NCBI RefSeq assembly: GCF_001194135.2
Contig: NC_068989.1
Coordinates: 34,239,837-34,303,836 of the forward strand
Length of the DNA stretch: 64,000 nucleotides
Direction of reading: 5' to 3'
Origin: Octopus bimaculoides
Taxonomy: Eukaryota
The position numbers and the translations under genes were made by a program. This document shows, one piece after another, positions 40,317-52,753 of this stretch (its first letter is position 1; the number at the start of each line of letters is the position of its first letter). The notes beneath the pieces were generated by a model that saw only the letters and a list, made by a program, of their open reading frames with translations, ran no database searches and was not told the origin of the DNA.

Positions 40317-43300
40317 TTTATAAGGATATATATATATATATGTGTGCGTGTGTGTGTGGATATGTATATATATGGATATAGGCGAGAAGAAAATGGATGT
40401 AAATAACAAGGGGAAACTTGTCGTTTCCACTGGTATGCCTTTAATTCAATTAGATAACAAAGAAGAAGGAAGCAAAGAAGAAAGTAGCATTTACGTTCGT
40501 TTTAATTTATTAGTTTTAGTAAATCTCTTCAGAATGAGTAAAATAGATTGATACATCAGTCAGAATGCGAAAATAATTGATACATATGTGATGGTAATAG
40601 AGGCTAAGGTAGTAAGTCTTACATTAAATTTAGAGTAACTCTAACTTAGGGTAAGAAGGGAGTTAACTCATACCAGTGATTAGACTAGGTAGGATGGTTT
40701 AAAATTTTATTATGGTTATAGTTTAGGAAGTTCTTAGTGTTAGAAGGGGCCCTATGTAGGTGCAAAGTAAACTATTATGGAATGTGGAGGGCTAGAGGGT
40801 TTCAGAAATAGGAATAAGGCCAACTCAACAGGACTCAGCACATATATTTGGGAATATAAGGATAAAAAAAAGTTATAGATTGAACTGGCATATACTCGCA
40901 TAAATAACCTCATACAACACCACCAATAGACGCTGTGATCTTTGTTTATCAGAAGGCCTAGCTATACTTACGGCTAAACAACCCCTCTTAAATAGGAAAT
41001 TTGAGAACGACATATTTTGTCTTGATGTGGGCCTTTATGTCTTTTCAAAATAATGGTAGAATAACATTTTTTGTCTTCAAGTAGGCCTTTGTCTTTTCAA
41101 AATACCGGTAAATTAATAGGACCCTTTATAAATCCCAAACTAGCATAGTCATCTCTCTATATAAGTCTAATTAGCTGGGAACCACCTTAAGCATTTACAC
41201 ATAAACAGTCACCCCGCAAACCCACTCGCCCTCTACATTCCATAATAATTTACTTTGCACCTACATAGGGCCCCTTCTAACACTATGAACTTCCTAAACT
41301 CTAGCCATAATACAATTTTAAACCACCCTACTTAGTCTAATAACTGGTATGAGTTAGTTCCCTTTTCACCCTAAGTTAGAGTAGTTCCCTTTTCACCCTA
41401 AGTTAGAGTTACCCCACTTCACTTACACCGCCGGTGACTAAAATTCACTGCAGATCTAAACTAATTTAATACACAAGTGTGAAAAAATGTGCTCAGTGAA
41501 ACTCGGAATCCCATACCAAAATAATATACACCCTACTCTAATTGCCCAACGGAACAATAAACAAACCAATCTAGTACAATGAAACCTCTCTCCAACGAAA
41601 TAACCAGCTCAAGAACAAAATTTAATGTAAGACTTACTAACTCTGCCTCTATTACCATCACATATGTATCAATTATTTTCGCATTCTGACCAATGTATCA
41701 ATCTATTTTTCGCATTCTGAAAAGATTTACTAATACTAGTAAATTGAAACGATCGTAAATTCTTCTTTTCTTCCTTCTTCTTTGTTATCTAATCAAATTA
41801 AAGGCATAAAAGCGAAAACGACGAGTTTCCTCTTGTTATTTACATTCATTTTCTTATCGTATATAACCTAAACTACGGTCTACCAACTGAACTACTTGCT
41901 ACCGTACAACTTTACAAAAGACTGTACCTACCCAGGTAATAACCAGAAGCGACTTTGGATTTAATTATCCCTTAGAGGTATTAAACTCCTCTAACTGGTA
42001 CTTACACAACATATATGGATATATCATTATCATCGTTTAACGTCCGCTTTCCATGCTATCATGGGTTGGCCGATTCAACTGAGGACTGGTGGAACCGGAT
42101 GGCAACACCAGGTTCCAATCTAATTTGGCAGAGTTTCTACAGCTGGATGCCCTTCCTAACGCCAACCACTCAGAGAGTGTAGTGGGTGCTTTTACGTGTC
42201 ACTCGCACGAAGGCCAGTCAGGCGGTACTGGCAACGGCCACGCTCAAAATGGTGTATTTTATGTGCCACCCGCACAAGAGCCACTCCAGGGTCACTGGCA
42301 ACGATCTCGCCCGAAAATCCTACNNNNNNNNNNNNNNNNNNNNNNNNNNNNNNNNNNNNNNNNNNNNGAACCGGATGGCAACACCAGGTTCCAATCTAAT
42401 TTGGCAGAGTTTCTACAGCTGGATGCCCTTCCTAACGCCAACCACTCAGAGAGTGTAGTGGGTGCTTTTACGTGTCACTCGCACGAAGGCCAGTCAGGCG
42501 GTACTGGCAACGGCCACGCTCAAAATGGTGTATTTTATGTGCCACCCGCACAAGAGCCAGTCCAGGGGCACTGACAACAATCTTGCTCGAAAATCCTACG
42601 AAGGCCAGTCAGGCGGTACTGGCAACGGCCACGCTCAAAATAGTGTATTTTATGTGCCACCCGCACAAGAGCCACTCCAGGGTCACTGGCAACGATCTCG
42701 CCCGAAAATCCTACGAAGGCCAACTGGTTTTCGCTATTTAAATTAACTTTTCAAGGGACATTGTGAAGTAATCAATTCCTGTGACAAAGGGGTCTCACCA
42801 TTTCGGATGCTTGAAAAATAAGAATGAGTCTAGAGAGTGGACCAAGGGAGGTGACAGGTGGCAAGAGGGACAATATATACAGTGCATGTAGAAAGTATTG
42901 TAATAGTATCATAATAGATCATAATAGACGAGCTTTTTGATATCATTTAGCCCCAAATCAGCCTTAATCAAGCTGATGTATAAGCGAAAGTGTTCCAGAT
43001 GTCACCAATCCATTCTCAATTTAGACATAATGCATGCAAGATTGCATTATAGTTGTTTTACAGTTTTTTTTTCTATCTCACAATGATAGAGTATGATTTT
43101 GGAGAGATTTGGCTTTTACTTCAACCTGGTTGAATGACTATGAGAAACATTGACTGAATCTTTAAATATAAGGGTCTATGAAAGTATACCTCAAAATGGC
43201 ATTTGTACATAAATCTATTTGAAGACTTACTAAAAGTGAGAAACTATCTAGAAGTACAATTACATATTAAAATCTTTTACAATAAATTTGAGTGTAAAAC

Positions 43301-44478
43301 AGTAAGTCTGAACATACGCATTAGCAATCTCTGTTGGGGGATTTGTACCAAATCCTTCGTGGTCTTCATTGTTCTCAGAATAAGCATCATAACAGGTTTT
43401 GATTGTGTTCTTGAAGTCTGAATGAACAATACAGGAATCATTCCGTACTCTTAACTGTCGCATTCGAGGTAAGCCAAGTAGTTTGTTTTCGTAATAAATG
43501 AATCTTTCACCAACAATTGGTTCTTCATTATACCATTTCTCCCAGTAAAGAGAATCCATCAATGGCCCTTTTGCAAACTAGCAAACAGAAAAAAGGGATA
43601 TGTTCCCTTATTATATACACACACATATATAATACAATATAGCACAAGAGGACAACAAATGAACACAGAAAACAGGAAAGAACACACAATGTATATCCCT
43701 CTTCAGTTATCAACCGAAATTCATCATAATTTTGATACTTTATCAATAATACTGCTCCATTTATAGCATCGGTATACATATATATGGAAGCAAAACCTGG
43801 AATCATGAAATTGAAGGGCCTTAAAATAAACTAAACCAGGACTAAAGTTATGACAAGTGGTAAAAAAAAGACAAAGTTTTGATACTGTCAGGGCAAAGGC
43901 CATGTTTGGTATGCAGGAGAGGAGGTACAAACTCTTTACAATGTGCCCAGTATAAACAATGAACACACAAGAGGTTTAGGGGGGATCATAGGTAGACTAA
44001 CAACAAAAGCAGCTTTCATATGTACCAGGTGTACAGGGGTATCCAGCACAAAATGTACTCAGGATATAGATTCTCTCAACTATTCAGAAGGTTCCCTAGT
44101 AGTAGTCAATAGTTTTGTTATTCAAGTGACCTAACTGGCAGCAGGGTTGGATGCTCTGAAAGCATAGCTGCCAGAGTAAGAATTCTTTTGCAAGCAACTA
44201 AGAAATTCTCCCTCAGAATGAAGGGCAGATTGTATGATATTTGTATGCAAATGTGTAAAAAGGCTGTGCTACATAGTAGTGATATGTGGACTCTGAATAT
44301 AAATCTCCTGTTTTGATATTATTACACTGCAAATAATATTTTTCGGCATTTTAAACTTTTATGCATACTTCACACAAATATAATATCTACAAACAGATTT
44401 GGAATACTGAAATAAACATGTGCTTCAAGAGGACACACCTTGGATTTTAACCCCATCAACATAATTATATGTGTGTGC

Positions 44479-44554
<76 letters not shown>

Positions 44555-46745
44555 CTCTTTTACTTGTTTCAGTCATTTGACTGCGGCCATGCTGGAGCAC
44601 TGCCTTTAGTCGAGTAAATCGACCCCAGGACTTATTCTTTGGAAGCCTAGTACTTATTCTATCGGGCTCTTTTGCCGAACTGCTAAGTTACGGGGACGTA
44701 AACACACCACCTTCGGTTGTCAAGCGATGGTGGGGGGGACAAACACAGACACACAAACATATATAAATATATACATATATACGACGGGCTTCTTTCAGTT
44801 TCCGTCTACCAAATCCACTCAAAAGGCTTTGGTCGGCCCAAGGCTATAGTATAAGACACTTGCCCAAAGTGCCACGCAGTGGGACTGAACCCGGACCATG
44901 TGGTTGGTAAGCATGCTACTTACCACACAGTCACTCCTATATTATCTTTTATTGGCTTCAGCTAAAGGCTGGGGCCATACTGGAGAACTGTCTTTCAGTG
45001 TAATTAGGTTTCTTTTCTATATTGTTTCTGGTGAAGTAATAAGTCGGTTTGAGCTGTTCTTCTTTGTGCCATGATGTGGGTTCATCTAGTATCTCAGATG
45101 AAAATTTGTCCAAACATTCTTTGTAAACCTCCATATCTACACTTTGCAAATCTCTGAGGTTGTTTGCCAAAATGTTGAACAATTATGAACCCTTGAGCCC
45201 CAAGCTGATGCAGTACTGGGTTTTTTGTCTAGATAGAGAGAACTGACACTTTGGTACTATGTAGTGCCATCCAGTTCAATAGTTGGTATAGCTTCCAATT
45301 CCAAAGTCAGAGCTAGACCTTCCAGGGTCCTCCATGTGTATATCACTGTATATCTTTCACATCTTCTCTCTAGGGAGTAGAGCTGTAGTTGCTTTAGTAG
45401 TTGCATACATGCATAACATAATAAAAATAAATAAATAAAATAGTGAAACAAGCAAGTAAACCAAGAAAAGATAATACACAAGAAAACCTACTTTCCAGAC
45501 ATCATTGACTGTGGTTATAGTTCTGAAGTTGCCACCACCAGAATATGTAGAATCAATAAATAAATCAGTCATGGCCTTGGTATAGTAATACATAGATGTG
45601 CTTGTCATTCCAAATGTAACTAGAAGATAAAATCAAAAATATATTTGCAATTAGACATGCGCAGAACTACATAGTGATCCAGTGTAGTAATACACAGATG
45701 TACTTGTCATTCCAAATGTGACTAGAAAATAAAGTCAAACACATTTTCTCAAATGTACACTGAACTGCATACTTTAACCAACTTTTTCCTGATACCACCT
45801 ATCTTCCTTAATGTTTCACTTGATAACCAAACTTCATTCTTAATATTTTCCCTCTCCACTCACATTTTACATTGATCATTCTCATGTGCCATCAAATCAT
45901 CTCTCCTCTGCCACCATACATCTCTCACTCACCCCATACACTACACCTGCCTCTACCTCCTATACTCTTGCAACCTACCCAACCAAATGTCATGTCATCT
46001 CTCTGTCTCTCTCTTCCTCCAACTCATGTGTATCATTGGTCACACCCATCCCTTATCCACCACTCAACCCTATCCAGTCTCTACAGTTGTCACCTATTCT
46101 TCCCTATCTTCCCTACATATCATCCCTTAACACTTGATCCTTATATATTATATTCATCTCATTCACTTATTTTTCCATTTCTAACAACTCATCACTTTCC
46201 TCATACACTCTTGCAACCTCTATCTACCTACACTCCCTATTCTTCTGCTTCCACTCACTTCTATGTACCTAGAGGGTCCACCCTGACCACTACTTTTATC
46301 TCTTTTCAGCTCCCCATCGGTTATTTCCACCAATGCTTCTACAATGTGAGTAACCATGTAATCCCTTTACAGTAAGGAAGAGGAGGACACATTTTCAATT
46401 AGTATTTCTGTGATAATAAAAACACCACAGAAAATTTTATCTCCTTTTAATTCCATGGATCTATCCATCATCTATGGAAGACAGTGGGGAAGGGGTGTCA
46501 AAATTCAAACTGATGAAACAATCATCAGTCATACAGTGTTCCCACTGTTGTGAATATATTTATGGCTAGGTAGACAAAGATATAACTTAGTCTTATAGTA
46601 ATACATAGTTTTAAGGCTATAATATGCTGTTGTTTGTATACATGTTTGCAGGGACTTTGAAAACATTGTGTAATGAATACATAACAACTTAGTCTCATTT
46701 GAACAGCATCAATATATTTTTACTGCACATTTCAGATAAATAGTG

Positions 46746-46798
<53 letters not shown>

Positions 46799-49591
46799 AC
46801 TCATTTGCTGTCAGGAGGAAATTGGCTGAGGACAGATCTGGGGAGGGATAAGCTCTACTGGTTTAAACACCCAAAACTCACTATATATCATGAGAGTGCT
46901 CCTATGACACCATCAGAGTCCAAGAAAAAATGAACTTCATTCTTAACCTATACCATGAACTGTGTCTTCCCTCAAGTTCCTCTATATCTAATACAATAGT
47001 TGCTGCTTCTCTGAACTAGCAACTATGTATCAAAATCCATTCAATGCACCCATCTCTTTCTTGCCATCACTCCAGATGTACAATCCAACAAGAGGCCATC
47101 TCCTGTATTAATTATAGCAGCTAAATTTCCCTATAACATATTATCATCTTCAAAATAGAAACAATATGACAGACAAGGTAGTGTTTGACATACAAAATAG
47201 TGGGATGGTCACATCTAGAATGCCTTTTATCATAGCTCTATTTGATCAAGGTTCACCTGATGCTAAACAACAATGTCAACAAGAACAGGACTTATGACCC
47301 TTGCAAATCTTCTCATATAGATGAGGTTGGTACAACCAAATTTAAGCTTAAGCTTCTGTAAGTTGCCAACAGAGTTCCAAAAGATTTGTGTCGTGGAAGA
47401 GAAAGGATGGGAAAGTATTTAAGTGTTGGGTCTGAGTAAGAAAGGCAAAATAGAGATTGTTGACATTGTTGTACAGCACCAGGTGAAACAATCAAAAATA
47501 GCTATAATAAAAGACATTCTAGATGTGACCATCCCACTATTTTGTATGTCAAGAACAACTCTGTCTGGCATGTCCTTCCATTACTGGAAGTAATGAAATA
47601 AAATAAAAGAAAAAGGAAAAAAAAAAAAGCTTCTAATAATGCAGTAAGTTTTACAAAAAATCTTTTATATTTCTTAGTGCCTGAGATATAAAGGGGTTTT
47701 ATAAAACTTTCTGCATTGTTAGAAGCTTTCATTATTTCCCTTTTCTATTTTTGGACTACAATGCTTCAAGTGAACTACAACATTCTTAATGAAATAAAGT
47801 TACCTGACAGAATGAGTGAGGAAATAGCTAGAACCTGCTAGAAATAGCAATGACATTTCCTTTAAATCACAAATGAAGAATTCAGTAAAATAATTTTGCT
47901 GTTATTAATCTGGTGTTTGGAACATAAGTTAAAATGAAATTTTGATGGAAAGTTTTAATTTTGATTGCTTTACAGTAGCCATTCTACTTTACTTTCATTG
48001 CTCAAACCTTTGAGGAAAACATGCAATTCTCAATGTCACATTTTCATTACTTCATAAATCTGATGCCTTATGACTTCATAAGTAACCAATATTTGTGAGT
48101 AGGAAGGCAGATGGTGTAGAACAAGAGGCTTAATAAAACCAAAATACAGTAATTGCCAAAGATCAAGCACCCCCACCATTCCATCTTTAATCAATTTAGA
48201 TTTTGGAATTGTCTCCCTTACCCTTTTAAACAAGAGTTGTTATTAATACTAATGTAGTCTTTCTTTCATTACAGGTGTAATTTTATTATACTGTCTACTT
48301 TGTTGGCTGCCTAATAATTCAGAGTTTAAATAGAATTAGAGCTCACTCTGTGCCTTCTTTATATCCAAAATCAATATATTTTGTAAAAATGATATATTGA
48401 AATTCAATGAATCAACTTTAACAAAAGTCCTTCCTGTCTCACAAATATGGTCCCTGAGGACAAGAAGGAAATAAATATTTGTCACAAGATATGAATTACT
48501 GATAAACAATTTTACACTCTACCAATTTCACATTGCCATGACATATATTTGAAAAAATATCAAAATCTTACTGGCTGCTGATAAATCCATACACAAAGCA
48601 ATATAGATATTTATGAAAAACACCTGGACAGTAAGTAAGCAGTTGATTGAGAAATCAATGAGTCCACCATTATAACTAAGCAACAAAGCAATAAATTTAA
48701 TCTCATCATTCATGTTTATTTACTCCAGCCAGTCTCTGAAAAATCTCTATGTGAATAGGAAACTCATGATAATCATGAGTTAATAATTTCTTCAAATAAA
48801 TATTAATTCCTTATAAATAACAAATCCCACAGAATTTTAAGGAAAGGCACAAGATTGTGAGATGTTCATACCTTTCTACCAAGCATTAATAAACAGTTTA
48901 AACAAGGTTTCAATTAAATAGCTTCAATCTGGAATCTAAATGGTAGGGGGTCACATACTCAGTTGGGTGATAGCTTACATCTGCTTTATGCAAATAAAAA
49001 GCATATTTATTTAAGATTAATTGGTTAAACATTTTACCCTGTTACTGCACAAGTTTGGTATAAACTACAAATGATCCTCAGGGATATCTTGTCCATTCAG
49101 AGGTTAAACTACATTGCATTAATAAAATATTCTTATTGTTTAGCTGCAAGTCAACTCTAATTGAGAAGACCTATGATCAAAAGCATCTTAACTCTTTAGT
49201 GTTGAAATTACTTTGTCAAAAGTAATTCTTATTTATTCACATTTCTAAAAAATTAATCTGGTATTATCTTGTAGCTTCAAGATTTCAAAGATGTAATTGT
49301 TTATTTTTAGAATGACATTGTAGGGTAGGTGTGAGCTTCTAGTTCTGGTTAGTTTGAACATAAAATAGATAGTATGTTTGGGCCAAATACAGCCAGTTTG
49401 AACACTAAAGTGTTAAGCATGACTTTCTCATCTTTTTCTCCAACCAAAGTGCTATTTTTTGTTAATCAACCAACCATGTAAAGTTTGCAAGTTTCCCTTG
49501 TCAGTTTGAGCAAGTATCTTCTAGATCACATCAGAGTTTTGAATTATGCAAATGTTTGAGATAGTTCCATCTTTTTAATATGTTCCCATCA

Positions 49592-49638
<47 letters not shown>

Positions 49639-52600
49639 CAAGTAATCAGTCGTCACTCATGAATGAGTAGGATGGTCTAATAGTCTGTATCACACTTTTG
49701 TTAATTGTTTTAGGATTCTATGTGGTCCATGAGCAAACAGACACCCTTTTGATGATCTCACACTTGCTTCAGCAGATTATACAGGATATGACAGTTGGTG
49801 AGAGAGAGAGCTACACCAGTACTTGACTAGTACTTATTGTAACAGAGTAGACGAGAGCAACATGAAATGAAGTGACTTGCTCAAGAACACATTGTGCTGC
49901 CAAGGCAAGCAATTGAGACCACTACCTTATGAGCATAAGCTAAACACCTTAACCAGTAGGCCACATACCTTTACAAAATATGCATACACACAAACAATCT
50001 GATGAATGTCTGCATTAAGAAACTTCGAGTAGTGGAAAAATAGTTAACTTTAGCAATAATATATAATGTCAGCTTGGAGGAGAAGGGTCTGGAAGCTCAA
50101 AGATCCTGCGAATGGACAGAAATTTAGAGACTTATTACTTGAAGCCTTTGACGAAATAGAGGGGGATGTAGCTTCACACAATGTAGAAGACAACTGGACA
50201 TTTCTATGAGACAACCTGCTGAGAGCCACTAACCAGATCTGTGGATGGTGCAAAGTCCCCTCTCGACCGAAAATAACATGGTGGTGGAACAATGTTGTTG
50301 ACAGGGCTATTAGACAAAAGAAACAGGCTTGGAAGGACTGGAAGAACGGTGGTAGCAGTGAATTGTATCAGACTACCAGAAGAGAAGCTAGGCGACAGGT
50401 TTATTTAGCAGATAAGAAAAAATTTGCCAATGTTCTGCGCCGTGTGGACCAAAGACTTGAGGTATTTTGTGTTGCAAGACTGTGTGTGAGAGAGATTCGT
50501 GATATCATGGGAGAGAAATGTGTTTGCATGGATGATGGTACGCTTGCACTAAATGAGGCTGCAAAGAAAGAGGTTTGGAGACACCACTACGAAAGATTGC
50601 TCAATAAAGAGAATGAATGGGAGAAAGAGAGTCTGCTGAATGTCGACCCAACAGAGGGACCGGCTATCCGATTTGACAGTACCATGGTAGATAAAGCAAT
50701 TAAGAGTATGAAGACAGGGAAGGCCCCCAGCCCATCAGGAATCACTGCACAGATGCTCAAAATATCTGGCAGTGTAGGCTATAGCCTAGTCACCCGTATT
50801 GTTAACCAGGTGATACACAAAGGAGTCATACCCAATGACTGGTGTAGCAGGACCATAGTCAACTGCNNNNNNNNNNNNNNNNNNNNNNNNNNNNNNNNNN
50901 NNNNNNNNNNNNNNNNNNNNNNNNNNNNNNNNNNNNNNNNNNNNNNNNNNNNNNNNNNNNNNNNNNNNNNNNNNNNNNNNNNNNNNNNNNNNNNNNNNNN
51001 NNNNNNNNNNNNNNNNNNNNNNNNNNNNNNNNNNNNNNNNNNNNNNNNNNNNNNNNNNNNNNNNNNNNNNNNNNNNNNNNNNNNNNNNNNNNNNNNNNNN
51101 NNNNNNNNNNNNNNNNNNNNNNNNNNNNNNNNNNNNNNNNNNNNNNNNNNNNNNNNNNNNNNNNNNNNNNNNNNNNNNNNNNNNNNNNNNNNNNNNNNNN
51201 NNNNNNNNNNNNNNNNNNNNNNNNNNNNNNNNNNNNNNNNNNNNNNNNNNNNNNNNNNNNNNNNNNNNNNNNNNNNNNNNNNNNNNNNNNNNNNNNNNNN
51301 NNNNNNNNNNNNNNNNNNNNNNNNNNNNNNNNNNNNNNNNNNNNNNNNNNNNNNNNNNNNNNNNNNNNNNNNNNNNNNNNNNNNNNNNNNNNNNNNNNNN
51401 NNNNNNNNNNNNNNNNNNNNNNNNNNNNNNNNNNNNNNNNNNNNNNNNNNNNNNNNNNNNNNNNNNNNNNNNNNNNNNNNNNNNNNNNNNNNNNNNNNNN
51501 NNNNNNNNNNNNNNNNNNNNAAGCAAGGACTAGAATCGAAGGGCCTTAGAGTCAACTTAGCTAAAACCAAAGTCCTAATAAGTAGGTAGGTAGAAAAAAC
51601 ACAAACCCCTTCAGGTAGATGGCCCTGCTCGATCTGTAGAAAAGGCATAAGTAGAAACTCTATAAGATGCACCCAGTGCAAGCTATGGACACATAAGAGG
51701 TGCAGCAATATCAAAGGAAGTTAATTTTTGTATGTGGCAGATGTTCAGGAGCCATAAACACTGTAAATGTGCAGAAAACAACTTCTGCCACATTCCAGGG
51801 AGAAAAAATAGATGTAGTTGATAGCTTCCGCTATCTAGGTGACCAAGTTAGTAGTCGGGGTGGGTGTGCTGAAAGTGTAGCTGCTAGAATAAGAATAGCT
51901 GGTGACAAAGGGTCACTCTTGCAGAGTAAAAGGCAGATTGTATGACGCATGTGTACGAACAGCCATGCTTCATGGCAGTAAAACATTGGCCGTGACTGCT
52001 GAAGACATGCGTAGGCTCGCAAGGAATGAAGCCAGTATGCTCCGATGGATGTGTAATGTCAGTGTGCATACTAGACAGAGTGTAAGTACCTTGAGAGCAA
52101 GATCATTGCCAGTGCCGCTGGACTGGCTCCTGTGCAGGTGGCATGTAAAATACACCATTTTGAGCGTGGCCGTTGCCAGTAACGCCTGACTGGCCTTCGT
52201 ACAGGTGGCACGTAAAAGCACCCACTACACTCTCGGAGTGGTTGGCGTAAGGAAGGGCATCCAGCTGTAGAAACTCTGCCAAATCAGATTGGAGCCTGGT
52301 GTAGCCATCTGGTTCACCAGTCCTCAGTGAAATCGTCCAACCCATGCTAGCATGGAAAGCGGACGTTAAACGATGATGATGATGATGTATATTATTCAGT
52401 GTGTAACTTCCTCTTCAATTTTTTAAGGTTATACCTTAGGTTCTAAAGCTATTTCAAGATTGCACTGATAGTCCCGAATGTACTAAGGTCAATCTATAGT
52501 TCAAATGTTATGAAATCTGGTCTGTTGTGTTTAATTGAAATTTGCAAAAGGTACTTGAAGGCCCGACAGTAGTATTAAAGCAAATGACAAATAAAATGTA

Positions 52601-52720
52601 TTAAAAATTAAATCCAGAAAATAATTATTGAAAATGAAGCTATGTTTATAATAAAACCAGAACCAAATGAATATACTAAACTATGCAACTGTAACACCTT
52701 ACTCCAACTCTCAGCCATTA

Positions 52721-52753
<33 letters not shown>

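Noticed and set aside
42088-42598. Near-identical 230-bp tandem copies
   Set aside because: They flank a 44-N gap, so this is most likely contig overlap or haplotype duplication in the assembly.
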